A DNA stretch of 64,000 nt from Octopus sinensis (GCF_006345805.1 NC_043014.1:25172001-25236000), one strand, 5' to 3'. Shown: positions 24,930 to 38,895, counted from the stretch's first letter. A program made the numbers and translations. Notes: generated by a model from the sequence alone, not told the origin.

Positions 24930-25753
24930 TAAATGAATAAATATTCAAAGCATATTTATATAGATATTAACAATAATATAAATGGCCAGCAAGCAAAAGA
25001 TGATAAATGGCAAATCCAAAATTTTATACTTAATTCATAATCATAAATGAAGGCAATACAAGGTGCCACTATTGCTGTAAAATTCAGAGTTGAAAAAAAC
25101 CTCAAATAGCCACCAATTCACTGGAAGTACATCAGAAATCAGGCTATGAGCAAAGAAATTAACTTAGCATTTTGGCAGAAAGCCAAAGAATGAGGCAATA
25201 GATATCCCTGAACTAACTGATTTTGAATTTTGAGATTACCACCCTTAATTCTTATTAACAGGTCTTGCTATGTACCTAGGGTTAAAAAGCTTTGTTCATT
25301 TTGTTGTGCCTATTTACTGTTGAAAGAGCTAGCAGAAAATTCAAAAACAGTGTCAGTGTATAAATTTCATAAATGAATAAATATTAAAAAATATTTATAT
25401 AGATATTATTATTAGTCATTAGCAAAAGCCAATATATTTATAATCTTAATTCTCTTAATTTTCTTACTTCATTTCGTTTTATCTACAATATCTGTATTCA
25501 CTCCATCTTATTCTTTGTTGTAACTGTTTCTCTAATTCTAGGCTTTAATTGGTCAAATTTAACCTTGTTTACTTTATCTTAATTTACTCTATCTTATTAT
25601 TAGTTCTAAGTGTCATTCTAATTATAAGGATTTGATTAGTAATAATAAACCTTTAACTCTTAAATTTTAAACACGTATCAATCTACCAGTATCCCATATC
25701 CTTTATCTTTAAATTAACTTTGTATCTTTTTATTTTATTGGTATCTGTCCCTT

Positions 25754-25788
<35 letters not shown>

Positions 25789-26834
25789 AAGTACTCTAAC
25801 CACAGGAATTTATGAATTATTGTTAATTATTATTCTTTAAATTGTAGAGCCACTTCTTGAAGTTGGGCATCTTAGCTCTCGTTTCATTTTATTAATATCT
25901 ATTCCTTCAATATATATATATATTATGTACACTAGTCACAGTAGTTTAAAAATATCATTTATAATATTTAATCCTTAAGTTCAAAAGACCTCTTTTAAAG
26001 TTGGGCATCTATTTCTAGTACTTTAGCTCTCATTACTGGCTGGTAAACCACAGCTAAATGGATCCTTCTAACTACAGGAGACTATGAACTCATCTTTTTG
26101 TCCTTTTCTATCTATTTGACCTTTTCTCTGCCTCCATTTAATTATCCTCTATAGCCATAAAATGTCATCTGCTTTATTTCTCCTTGATTTTATTAATCCC
26201 TAAGAACTCTCACCCTTGCCCTACCTTACCCTGTTGAAGTATAATACCAGCCTCTCTTTACAGAATCTATTATTTATCTATTTATCCTTTTCTTTTATCT
26301 TATTTTATTTATTTATTTAAAAAAAATTTATCTTTATTTTTATTTTCAAGCCTTCTTTCACTCAGATCTATCTATCTATTATGATGCCTTAGTCTAGCTA
26401 ACTGTCTTTCTCATAAATTGTAAACTCCTGCTGATCACTTGACTTTTCACCCATTATCACAGGGGCATTAAATTGCTAGGTTCATTTTCTCAATTGGATG
26501 CATTACTCAACCTGCTTTCTGAAATATGGACTTACCTGGGATTATACGTAAGGAGGTACACCTTCACGGAAATATGGATAAACTCCCATATCCTCCTGAA
26601 CAGGATGAACTATGAGCCTTGAATTTCATACTTTTCTCTATATCAAATTTTCTATCTAGAAGTTTCCTGCATATATATCTTGTCTCCAATAACGGTATAC
26701 CCAGTATATGGAAATGTGGATCAACACATTGATCCATTACCCAGGATATTCAAGAAACATCTGTAAGACATTATTATTTACTCTTGCCTACTTCAATTCA
26801 CCAATGTAATAATTAAAATAATTTAAATGATCTG

Positions 26835-28360
26835 ATAAGCACCTGGCCCATCAGGAATCACTGCTGAGATGCTTAAAATATCAGGCAGTGTTCATTATGG
26901 TCTTGTCACCCACATCGTAAATCAGGTAGTTCATGAAAGAGTCATACCCAATGTGTAGTGTAGCAGTGACATAGTCAACTGCTACAAAGGTAAAGGTGAT
27001 GCTTTAGATAGAAATAACTACAAAGGTATCAAATTATTGGATCAGGTGATGAAAGTTACAGAGAGGGTCATAGCTCAACTAATTAGGGAGATGCAGTTTG
27101 GTTTTGTGTCAGGCAGAAGAACCACTGATGCTATATTTCTGGTAAGGCAACTGCAGGAAAAATATCTAGCCAAAGATAAAACTCTGTACTTGGCTTTTGT
27201 TGACATGGAGAAAGCCTTTAACAGGATCCCCCGATCCCTTATCTGGTGGTCAATGTGGAAACTGGAGATAGATGAGTAAGAGCTGTACAAGCCCTGTACA
27301 GGGATGCTGTCAGTAAGGTGAGGATTGGCAATGAGTATAGTGAAGAATTCCGGTTAGAAGTAGGGGTTCACCAAGGATCAGTCCTCAGCCCCCTCTTATT
27401 CATCATAGTTCCCCAGGCAATAACAGAGGAATTCAAGGAAAGCTGCCCCTGGCAGCTTCTCTATGCTGATGACATTGCTCTAGTAGCCGAGTCACTGCCA
27501 GAACTAGAGACGAAGGTTAGGGTGTGGAAGCAAGGTCTAGAAACAAAGGGCCTTAGGGTTAACCTAGCAAAAACCAAAGTCTTAGTAAGTAGGAAGGCTG
27601 ACAAGTCACAAACCCCTTCAGGTAGATGGCCCTGCTCAGTCTGTAGAAATGGCGTGGATAGAAACTCCATAAGATATACCTGGTGTAAGCTATGGACACA
27701 TAAAAAGTGCAGCAGTACCAAGGAAAGGTTAACCAGGAAGATAGTTTTTATGTGTGGCAGATGCACAGGGACAATAAACACTGAAGATGTACAGAAAACA
27801 GATTCCACCACATGCCAGGGGGAAAACTAGAAGTAGTTGATAGCTTCTGCTGCATAGGTGACCAAGTCTTGAATAAGAATAGCCTGGGCAAAGTTCAGGG
27901 AGTTCCTAACTCTGCTGGCAACTAAGGGCCTCTCACTTATGATGAAAGGTAGACCGTATGATGCATTTGTGCGAACTGCCATGCTACATGGCAGTGAAAC
28001 ATGGGCCATGACTGCTGAGGACATGCGTAGGCTTGAAAGAAATGAAGCTAGTATTATCCGCTGGATGTGTAATGTCAGTGTGCATACACAACAGAGTATA
28101 AGCGCCCTGAGAGAAAAGTTGGAATAAGAAGCATCAAATGTGGTGTGCAAGAGAGATGATTGCATTGGTATGGTCTGTGTTACGTATGAATGAGGACAGC
28201 TGTGTGAGGAAGTGCTACACCCTAACTGTGGTAGGAACCTATGGAAGAGGCAGACCCAGGAAGACATGGGATGAGGTTGTGAATCATGACCTTCAAATGT
28301 TGGGCTTCACAGAGGTAATGACAGAAGACCAAGACCTTTGGAGATATGCTGTGATTGGGA
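26835..28360 (+). mobile_element. RTE-clade LINE RT fragment
   Basis: QFGF..RRTTDAIF, AFVDMEKAF, GVHQGSVLSPLLF, LLYADD, GRGRPRKTW. Confidence 0.92.
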
Positions 28361-28499
28361 AGTTTTGCTATTATTGAGAGCCTCCTCTAATATGTGGCTT
28401 TTAGTGAATAAGGGAATTTGATGTTACTACTCTCATTTGCACCGCTTACTGCAAAGTAGGTTCATCTGGTACTCTCGACAAGAAAAGGTCCAGTTTTTA

Positions 28500-31450
28500 T
28501 TTGATAAAACCTACATCCACTTCGTGTAGGTCCCTCAGGCTCTTTGGGAGAATATTAAAAAGCTGTGGGCCCCTGGAACCCAGGCTGTTGCAGTAACTGC
28601 TCCTAAAGTGCAATGGTGTTGTTGGGATCTCTGGTACTGTGCAGTATCAACCAGTTCTGGCATTGGTGTAGCTTTCAATGCCAAAATTTGGCACAATTCC
28701 TTCCAGGATTTTCCAGATGTATATTGCTGCATACCTCTCACGCCTTTGCTCCAGGGAGTAGAGTCTTAGCTGTTTCAGCTTTTCCCAGTAGCTGAGCTGT
28801 AGCAACAAGATGATCTTCTTTGTGAAGCTTCGCTGAATTGCTTCAGTGTCTGCTGTTAATTTTACACTGGTGGGTAACCAAAGCTGGGAGCAGTAGTCCA
28901 TATAGATGAGGACGAATATCCTCCAGATGATCGTCATGTTTTCCTTCTCTCTGCTTCTGAATGTTCTTAGGATCCATCCAGCCAATCATCTGCACTTTGT
29001 GGCCATCCTGGTAATGTGCACTTGAAAAGAGTTATCATCACTCATGTTGATACCCAGGTCCCTCTCTGATTTAGGCTTTGGGATCATAATTCCCCGTGGG
29101 TCAGTGTATTCTGTAAATTTTATATTCAGTTTTGGATGCTGGTAGCACAAGGCTTGATATTTTTCAGTATTAAACTGCATATTATTGTCCTCAGCCCATC
29201 TGTAAATTGAGTCCAACTCCTGCTGCAGGTGTGCAACATTGCTGGGGTTTTGTATTTTCTGCGAAACTCACATATTGTCTGCATAGCTAGCAAGGGTGGC
29301 TATCCGGGAAGCTGAGGGCATATCTGAAAGGGCCATTGTGAAAAGCAGTGGTCCCAAGACAGTGCCCTGTGGAACACTGCTACTATTTGTATCTTCCTTG
29401 AGGTGGCTCCATTGGCCACTACTGCCTGACTTCTATCGTTCAGAAAGTCATGTAACCACTCTCCAAGTTTTCCAGCTATGCTAAGATCACACAGTTTGTG
29501 GCATATCATACCATGATCCACTTTATCAAAAGCTTTTGCAAGGTCAAGATATATTATATCCACATTTGAGTTGTTGAGTAACTGCCTCAACACCCAGTCA
29601 TAGTGTTGTAAGAGCTGGGTATCATTCAATTGTTTCCTTCAAAGAATGTGATTAGTTTCCCTCTGACTATTTATTCCATGATTTTGCTAATGTGTGAAGT
29701 CAGAGAGATAGGTCTATAGTTTTTGGCATCTGCTCTACTTCCCCCTTTATGGATTGGGCATATTATTCCCTCCTTCAGTTTGCTTGGCAGCCTGCCATTT
29801 GCAAGCAAGCTCTGGAAGAGTTGTAGTGGTTTTACCAGGGCATGCTTACACGATTTGAAGAGGATTGCTGAGAAACCATCAGGACCAGCAGTTGAGTTTG
29901 TGTCCACCTCATCTATGGCTTGTAGTATATCTTCCTTGCTCACGTCAATGTAATCCATCATAACTGCTTCGCTGGTTATAGGTGAGGTGGCAAAGAAATC
30001 CACTTGTTCGTTCACTTGTCTGTGGTTAAGACAAGTGGCGTAGTGGTTAAGAGCGTGGGCTACTAATCCCAAGTTTCCAAGTTCGATTCCAGGCAGTGAC
30101 CTGAATAATAATAATAATAATAATTACAATAACAACAACATTGAAAAATACCTTAGGAATGAGAACCTAGGTTCGAAATTTCCCCAAGACACCTGATGAA
30201 GGATGGAGGGTATATCAGCTAACAAACAAGATGAAGACAAATATCTGTCAAATGTAAATAATGTACATAATGTAAATAATGTGTTGTCTTATGTATACAA
30301 TTAGAGTGTCACATACAGAATTTGAGTATGACTGTAAGACCTGGGTTGTGAGGTCATCACAGATGTATACAGCAACTCCACAATGGCTTCTTTCCTTTCT
30401 GTCTGTTCAGAGTATGGTATATTTTGGTATGTGTACTTCTGCATCCTTTATATCAGGGCTCATATGAGTTTCCACAAGTGCTACGAATAGGGTTTGATTG
30501 CATGCAGCAAGGTCTCTCAGGAAAAAAATTTTGCTTTTGTTGCCCCCAACATTTAGTAAAAATATTTGCATGACAACTGTGCAGGCATTAGGGGAGGCTA
30601 TCCCGTGTCCGTTGATTGTGGTAGTCTTGCACAGTGGTGGGCAAGGTTCCTTATTTGCCCCTGATGTAGCCAGGTCAGCTACTGCACAATCTTTTGCGCC
30701 ATGCACAAAACAGACTCTTGCTCAGCTGCTGCCTTGTGCATGACATCTGAAGAGCGTACTGCATTTGTATGTTTTTTCTTTGGAGGTAATTGATGCCTTT
30801 CCCCAGGGAAGTATTTCTCCTTAAAGCCCCTGTAGTTTTGGCGGATCTCAAGTGAACAAACCGGCAGTTTGTATTGTCTTCCTCGTACCAACATTTCCCT
30901 TGCAGGTAAAATTTGCCTGTCCTTGAGTTCACTCCAAATTTCTTCTCTTCTCTAGGGTTTCGGATTCCATTGGAGCATTTTTTGTTTGGTGGCTTGGGGT
31001 TTCAGTTTTAGTTATTTTATTTTTTCCTTTTCCTTTTCCTCCTCTTCCTTCTTTGTCTGTGCTCATGCTCTTTTCTTCCTTTTTGGGGCTAGCACTTGCA
31101 TTCCTCTGGTTGTCCAATAGGGTGAGGACTCCATTCCTTTGTAGGACCACTGGCACAGAGGGACTTCTGGTTGTTCCTAAGCTTCCCTATCCTTATCAGC
31201 CTGGTTGTTCACAGGGGTGGGGGATCTGTTCTTTTGAGGAACCATTGGATCAAAGGGACTTCTAATTTTTGCTTCATTTCCCCTATCCTTAACAGCCTGG
31301 CCACAGTAGTTTTCCATGATGACATCAAGAGTGTCAGTGTGTGATCTAATAAAGGCATAGGATTGGATGAATTCATTTTTCTCCTGCTCTATCAGAAGCC
31401 ATTATTCTTCAGTGCAGCAGTGATGATGCTGTTTGGCAGATTGCCACTAG
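28500..31450 (-). mobile_element. CR1/L2-group LINE remnant (ORF1 CCCH fingers, APE, RT)
   Basis: ORF1 remnant KFYLQGKCWY..NCRFVH, APE remnant ALVETHMSPDIKDAEVHIPKY, and RT pieces AGPDG, NYRPISLTS, YLDLAKAFDKVDH, YCSQLW, LYSLEQRRER. Confidence 0.88.
30030..30282 (+). mobile_element. tRNA-headed short element inserted in the LINE, carrying a partial HHR core
   Basis: Box A tggcgtagtgg (30036-46), box B gttcgattcc (30081-90), (AAT)n, and CTGATGA at 30193-30199. Confidence 0.7.
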
Positions 31451-31529
31451 TAATTGTCCATGCTTGCAACAGACAATTCAATTCTTTGCTCTCCCGCTTT
31501 GGTGACATCTTCGTTTTCTAAGCCCAGAC

Positions 31530-32070
31530 AGAGAGGAAAGGATAGAGAGGAAGTGAGATAGAGGGAGGTAGAGAGGAAGAAAGACAAATGGAAGGAGACT
31601 GAAAGAGAGAGGGAGATATGAAAGAAAGGGAGAGGGTGATATATAGAAAGACAAAGGGGGTATGGAGCGATAGTGAGGCAGAGGGAGGGAAAGAAGGGGA
31701 AAAGAAAGAGAGACAGAGAGAGGGAAAGAGGAGAGAATGAAGGATGTGAGGGAAGGGAGAGATGGAGTGAGAAAAGGAGGGAAAATGAGAAGTATATGAG
31801 GGAGAGGGGAAGATGTAGATGAAGAGAGAAACAAAGGCAGAGAGAGAGAAGTGAGAAAAGGAGGAATATATGAAAGGGAGGGAGAGAGAGGAGAAAAAGT
31901 AGAAGATATGGAAGAGAGAGGGAGACAGGTAGGTCTAAAAAGAGACAAAGGGAGGGAAGAGAAAAGGGAAAAGGAGGAAGAGATGAAAGATGAGAGAAGA
32001 AGAGAAAGGTATGAAAGAGAGGGGAGGAGCTGGTAATGAAGATATGAAGGAAAGAGAAAAACAAAAGGCA
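31530..32070 (+). repeat. Purine-rich (GA) low-complexity tract
   Basis: Almost only A/G on the plus strand. A similar tract lies at 35380-35720. Confidence 0.9.
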
Positions 32071-32794
32071 AACAAAGTTTATAGATCGAGAGGGCTGCTG
32101 TAAAAGAGATAAAGGCTAAAAACAATAGTGAAAAGAAAAAGGTTTCGTAATGAATTCGCTACCATAAATTTTTCAAATAGAATGTAAATGAAGAGGTCAC
32201 TGTAAGAAAAAGTTAAATGAAAAAGAATAGTGATAAAAAGAAAAGTTTATAATGAATTTGCTACCATAAATTTCTAAATAATAATAATGTTTCTTAACTC
32301 AAATTTTCATCCAGTATTACCAAAGATAAAACAAAATAAACAAAATGAATAGGATACTTATTTGCAACAGGTAAAATTCCAATCCTTGTTCTTGTACGGC
32401 CGTAATGAAAGTACAATTTATCACCACATGCTTTGTTAGGGAATAACTCTGGCTTGCATCACTGACTTAAATGTGATAGATTAAACTTTTAGTGTAATAT
32501 ATAATTTTTTTTACCAGTATATTATAGTAGACCATTATGAAATAACAAGTACTACATTTTTTGTCACTTTTAGTGCATTTTTCATCGATGTAGGGAATCC
32601 CTCTTGGTTGTTTCTGGAGCAGGAAAAATTTGTCTTTCCCTGTCGTAACTGGAAGTATATATATATATATAAATCATATCATACATATATATATATATCA
32701 TATCATGTCTGTCCTTGTTTGTCCCCTCTGTGTTTAGCCCCTTGTGGGTAGTAAAGAAATATCTATATATATATCATATCATATATATATATAT

Positions 32795-32833
<39 letters not shown>

Positions 32834-32839
32834 GTATAT

Positions 32840-32872
<33 letters not shown>

Positions 32873-32910
32873 CATATATCATATCATATCATATCATATA
32901 TATATATCAT

Positions 32911-32969
<59 letters not shown>

Positions 32970-32988
32970 AGAATATTTCAATGGGTGA

Positions 32989-33465
32989 ATGAACTATCCT
33001 ATGTTTACCATTAACATGGAAAATTCAATGAACCGTTACCAGGTATCTGAAGTCAATTCCAATAGAATTAAGTTTATGTCAAGTAACTCTAAGGTTAAAA
33101 ATTCTATATACCAGTGTATAATCAGTACTCGTAATAAAGTACTATTTTACATTGGAAGCACATCGTTAGAGTTATCTAAAAGAATTTCTATCCATTACTC
33201 AACATTTAGGGATAGAAATAAACGGAATAGTACCGGTCTCAGCAAACTGATTTGGGATTTAAAAGACCACAATGAACAATTTCATTTAGAATGGTTGATT
33301 CTCTCAATTTCGATACCATATGACAAAGGCAAGAAATTCTATCTTCTCTGCAATTCTGAGCTATTTTTCATTATTTTTTCTAAAAATACTCTAGTAAACA
33401 CGGTTATAGAGCGAGCATACAGATGTAAGCATTGGCAAAAACATACATTTAATGCATATAAGTAG
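32989..33465 (+). pseudogene. GIY-YIG endonuclease of a 5'-truncated Penelope-like element
   Basis: SIYQC..FYIGSTS..LSKRISIHYSTF..STGLSKLIWDLK..LEW.IL..PY..LC..E..N..CKH. It ends at a natural stop followed by an AT-rich tail with an HHR. Confidence 0.85.
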
Positions 33466-33662
33466 TCTCTATCATTATATGTAATTTAAACTTTAATTTC
33501 CTTTATATTTAACATTCACTATTAATATCCCTACTGTTTCTGTTAGCTACTTATGACGTTATATCATATAACGTTTTTTTAAACAATATTAATAGCGTTC
33601 TGTCTATTGCTATACAAATCCATTATTTTTTGCTAAAATGTCTTATTGACGAGTTTCGTTTT

Positions 33663-33756
33663 TTTTACTTTCCTGAGGAGAAGATTGCATTGTTTATACC
33701 ATTTATTCTTTTGAATAGTATCAGTTGAATTTTCGAAACATGTGTCAAAAGTAAAA
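33663..33756 (+). ncRNA. Type I hammerhead ribozyme in PLE tail
   Basis: ttttacttt-c CTGAGGA gaagatt...aattttc GAAA catgtg TC a-aaagtaaaa. Confidence 0.82.
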
Positions 33757-33946
33757 ATATTTGATTACACCTGCGTTAACTCCATTTTTTTATTCATATT
33801 ATTCAAAATATTCAACGTAAACACGAAGTTTCTACCTTTATTAACAAGGAGTTACAACACCTTTACTTGTAAGATTTTTGCTGCCCTGGTAACTATTTAT
33901 TTATTTTTTCCATGTTAATTGTTAACAAGGTAAAAATACACTCATC

Positions 33947-33994
<48 letters not shown>

Positions 33995-34034
33995 TATAAT
34001 ATATATATAATATATACATATATATATGTATATG

Positions 34035-34088
<54 letters not shown>

Positions 34089-34117
34089 ACGTATATATTT
34101 ATATATATATATATATA

Positions 34118-34236
34118 TTTATTATATAGAAGGAGCTTCTACAGACTAGTACTGTTTCATTCAAGAGAAATCTTCCTGAAGATTTCTCTTGAATGAAACA
34201 GTACTAGTCCTGTAGAAGCTCCTTCTATATAATAAA
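34118..34236. repeat. ~58-bp fold-back palindrome centred on an HHR core
   Basis: The arms are reverse complements except for one indel, with a 2-nt loop. The right arm reads CTGAAGA tttctcttgaat GAAA cagtactag TC. Confidence 0.9.
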
Positions 34237-34336
34237 TTAATTTTACTCTGCTATGTATTGAGTACCTTACTTACTGTGGTTAACCCCGGATCAACCCGGG
34301 ACCTACATATATATATATATATACATATATATACGT

Positions 34337-34396
<60 letters not shown>

Positions 34397-34532
34397 TACA
34401 TATATATATACGTATACATATATATATATATATAGATATATATATATATATTATATATATATATATATATATACTATATATATGTATATGTATAGATATA
34501 TATATATATATATATACATATATATACGTAAC

Positions 34533-34578
<46 letters not shown>

Positions 34579-34663
34579 GTATATGTATATATATATATAT
34601 ATATATAATATATATATATACATATACATATATATGTATATGTGTATATATATATATATACAT

Positions 34664-34695
<32 letters not shown>

Positions 34696-34706
34696 TTATA
34701 TAATAT

Positions 34707-34755
<49 letters not shown>

Positions 34756-34801
34756 GTATATGTATATATATATATATATATATATGTATATGTATATGTA
34801 T

Positions 34802-34917
<116 letters not shown>

Positions 34918-34936
34918 ATGTATATATATATATATA

Positions 34937-35200
34937 ACGGGAAGGTTTACGAAAATAAACAAAAGATGAAGGCAGGTGGAGTACAAACAAATAATGTATT
35001 AGTATGGTGCTCAGGAATAGAAATAAAACAAGTCTTTTACGTTTCGAGCCTACACTCTTTGACAGAAAGATACACAGAAAAGAAACAAGGAGAGAAAAAA
35101 ATTGCGTGTAGCGGCTAACGGTCCAACATGGCGTTCTGATTTCAGAAGTCAGAGATCGGAGGTCAAACGTTAGAGGTCAAACGTTAGAGGTCAGACGTTA
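34937..35200 (-). repeat. Short non-coding repeat with minimal HHR-like motif; inverted sister at 47880-48137, distant relative at ~63060-63185
   Basis: Shared ccacctgccttc.tc..tgtttattttc.taaa.cttcccgtt end, plus tcttt ctgt.. gag.gtaggctc gaaacg.a aaaga. Confidence 0.75.
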
Positions 35201-35769
35201 GACACTAGGGGGATAGTAGGGGAGATAACAGGGTCAAGTGACCTCGCTCCCACCTGAAGGTGCGTGTGTGCATAAGAGAGTATATATGTGCATGTGGAAG
35301 AGGGCTGGTGGTTTGGACGTGTGTATGTATGTATGATGTGATGTGTAATGTCGTATGGTGTAGTGTAGTGTGGTGTGGGGGAGAGAAGAGGGGGAAGGGG
35401 AGATGGGGGAAGAGGGGGAAGGGGTGAGAGGATGAGGAAGGAGAGGAGAAGAAGAGGAGGAGGGGAGGAGAAGAAGAGGAGGAGGGGAGGAAAAAGAAGG
35501 AGAGGAGAAGGGAGGGAAGAAGGAGAGGAGGGGAAAGAAGGAGGAGGGGAGTGAGGGAGCAGAGAGAAAGAGAGAGGGGGAAGAGGGAAGAAGGGAGAAA
35601 GAAGAAGAGGGAGGAGAGAGAAGAAAGAAGGGAGAGGATGGAAAGAGAGTAGGGGTGAAAAGATGAAGGACTGAAGAGAAGTAGGAGTGGGGGGGGTTGG
35701 ATGAAAAGGGAGGGAGAGTTGAGATATGTATATGATATATATATATATATATGATGATGATATATATAT

Positions 35770-36829
35770 TGTTACGCTGCCCCTCAGGCCTACAACCTTC
35801 CGGTTCCACCACGGGCCCTAAGTCGCAATGATGACACTCAGTAAACCGGAAATCCACCACGGGATGGGGGAAGGCAGTGAACACAGCCAGGAACCAACAC
35901 AACAACAAAAGAAAGAGACATACTCAGGCAGAGTTGCGTAATCAAGCAATTTTTTTTTTTAACAAGCAAAAGCATGCACAACAAAGGTTAACAACATGAT
36001 ACAGAGTTTGAAAAACAAAGCAAATCATTTACATTTAAACACATTACAGAGTCGATTCTTCCAAAACAAATCATTTTTATTTGACACAGTGTTCACAATT
36101 AACAGTCTCTTAAAGTTCCACTTACCTCTTCTTTCTTTTCTTTTCAACAGTCCTTCTGTTTTTTTTAAACATTTACAAGTTCTTTTTTTTCTTTTCTTTT
36201 CAACAGTTTACACCAGAGTCTCTTCTTTTCATTTCAACAACACATTGTCTCTTCTCTTCTTTTTTTTTTACATTTAAGCAAACACAACGATTTTTCTTTT
36301 TTTCATTTAAACATCAGAATTCAAAACTCAAATAAAAACATTACCGGTACGTTCCGCGTCTGCAACATTTTCTGAACCTCACAACTCCCACTACAACAAC
36401 TCAGCTTCTTCATGTATCTCTCTCTGCCCCTGTTAGTCTGTGACTGTCATCTTCCTGACTACCTCTCGTCCTGTCATCTCTCTCACTGACAGTCTGTCTC
36501 TCTTTAGACCACATCTGCCCTTGTCTGGTGGATGCTCACACTGATCCTCTCATGGTCTCTCACTGACTGACTTTGCAACTTAGTCTCCTGTATTTAAAAC
36601 GGCCAGCAGCTAGAAAAAGAGAGATAATATACGACGACATTTTTATTTTTTTAAACTTTCCGTGACCGTATGGGGCCAGAATCAGTGCCTACATCCATTA
36701 ATAACTGTGTTCCTTGACAGAACAAAGGAAATACCACTGTCCTGAACAACTGGAGTGCCGGTTCGATTCCAACTAATGGAACAAGGGGCATAATGGTTTT
36801 TGTTCATTTATATTTTCCTTGGCGTCCAT

Positions 36830-36833
<4 letters not shown>
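35770..36833. mobile_element. Solo LTR (Gypsy-like)
   Basis: 1064 bp bounded by TGTTACG...CATAACA (TG..CA with a short inverted repeat) and ATAT on both sides. No coding capacity. Confidence 0.75.
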
Positions 36834-36888
<55 letters not shown>

Positions 36889-36910
36889 CGCATATATATA
36901 TATATATCGC

Positions 36911-36943
<33 letters not shown>

Positions 36944-37222
36944 CGTATATATTATATATCATATATATATATCATATATATATATGATATATATATATCA
37001 TATACAATATATATATATATCATATATATATATGATATATATATATCATATACATATATATATATATCATATATATATTATATTATATATATATATCATA
37101 TATATATCATATATATATATCATATATATATCATATATATATATATATCATATTTATAATATATATCATATATATATCTATATATATATATATCATATAT
37201 ATATCATATATATATATATATC

Positions 37223-37271
<49 letters not shown>

Positions 37272-37445
37272 CATATAATATATATCATATATATCATATA
37301 TATCATATATATCATATATATATATATATATATATATATCATATATATGTATATATATATATATATAATATATATATATATATATCTATTATCATATATA
37401 TCATATATATATCATATATATATATATATATAATCATTATATATA

Positions 37446-38421
37446 TGGCCGTTCGCCAGCCTCATCTGGCACCTGTGTCGGTGGCACATAAAAAACACCT
37501 TCCGAAGACCCGGCAAGACTAGTCAGTCCACCTGTGCTACCTCCTTTTTGTGACACTTGTGAAGACCTGTTGAGGCAAGTGAAAATCAAATCAAATCAAA
37601 ATAGATGAACATCAATGGAATTTGTATCTTTCTGGTACCAGTGCCTGTGGCACACAAGAAATCCATCCGAACGTGGCCGTAGTTAGTACCGCACCGACTG
37701 GCCTCCGTGCTGTGGGCACGTAACAAACACCATCCGATCGTGGCCGTTCGCCAGCCTCATCTGGCACCTGTGTCGGTGGCACATAAAAACACCACCCGAA
37801 GACCCGGCAAGACTAGTCAGGCCATAACCTGTGGCCCCTACCTGGGACGTAGTCAGTCCACCTGTGCATACCTTCCTTCTTGTGACACTTGTGAAGACCT
37901 GTTGAGGCAAGTGAAAATCAAAACAAATCAAAATAGATGAACATCAATGGAATTTATATCTTTGTGGTACCAGTGCCGGTGGCACGTGGCACACAAGAAA
38001 ACCATCCGAACGTGGCCGTAGCCAGTACCGCATCGACTGGCCTCCGTGCTGTGGGCACGTAACAAGCACCATCCGATCGTGGCCGTTTGCCAGCCTCATC
38101 TGGCACCTGTGTCGGTGGCACATAAAAACACCATCCGAGCGTGGCCGTCTGCCAGCCTCGTCTGCACCTGTGTCGGTGGCACATAAAAAACACCATCCGA
38201 GCGTGGCCGTTTGCCAGCCTCGTCTGGCACCTGTGTCGGTGGCACATAAAATCACCCACTACACTCTCGGAGTGGTTGGCGTTAGGAAGGGCATCCAGCT
38301 GTAGAACACTGCCAGATCTGACTGTACTGGTGCAGCTTTCGGGCTCCCAAGACCCCAGTTGAACCGTCCAACCCATGCTAGCATGGAAAGCGGACGTATA
38401 TGATGATGATGATGATGATGA
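37446..38421 (+). mobile_element. RTE 3' UTR fragment with tandem minisatellite and (GAT)n tail
   Basis: ~60-bp units (ggcacataaaaacaccatccga...cacctgtgtcggt) and the conserved end ggagtggttggcgttaggaagggcatccagc...catgctagcatggaaagcggacg(tga)n. Confidence 0.88.
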
Positions 38422-38462
38422 TATATATATATATATATATCATATATATATATATATATATA

Positions 38463-38495
<33 letters not shown>

Positions 38496-38497
38496 GT

Positions 38498-38730
38498 AGA
38501 GGCGCAATGGCCTAGTGGTTAGGGTAGCGGACTCGCGGTCGCAGGATCGAGGTTTTTCGATTCTCAGACTGGGCGTTGTGTGTGTTTATTGAGCGAAAAC
38601 ACCTAAAAGCTCTACGAGGCTCTGGCAGGGGGTGGTGATCCCTGCTGTACTCTTTCACCACAATGGCGGTGCCCCAGCATGGCCACAGCTCAAGAGCTGA
38701 AACTGGAAAAACAAAAAAAAAAAAACAACA
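38498..38730 (+). mobile_element. tRNA(Arg)-like SINE with LINE-derived tail
   Basis: ggcgcaatggcctagtggttaggg..actcgcgg (TCG in the anticodon position)..ttcgattctc. The tail tggcggtgccccagcatggccacagctc..agctgaaact is followed by an A-rich end. Confidence 0.85.
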
Positions 38731-38822
38731 AACATATATATATATATATATATATATGATATATATATATATGATATATATATATATATATATCATATAA
38801 TATATATATCATATATATATAT

Positions 38823-38867
<45 letters not shown>

Positions 38868-38895
38868 TATATATATATCATATATATATATATAT

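Noticed and set aside
24930-26830. AT-rich stretch with weak similarity to 52.1-52.3 kb
   Set aside because: Probably an old repeat. I could not assign an ORF, termini or ribozyme core.
32100-32660. Possible LINE 5' UTR or HDV-like ribozyme
   Set aside because: I could not establish a nested pseudoknot by eye.
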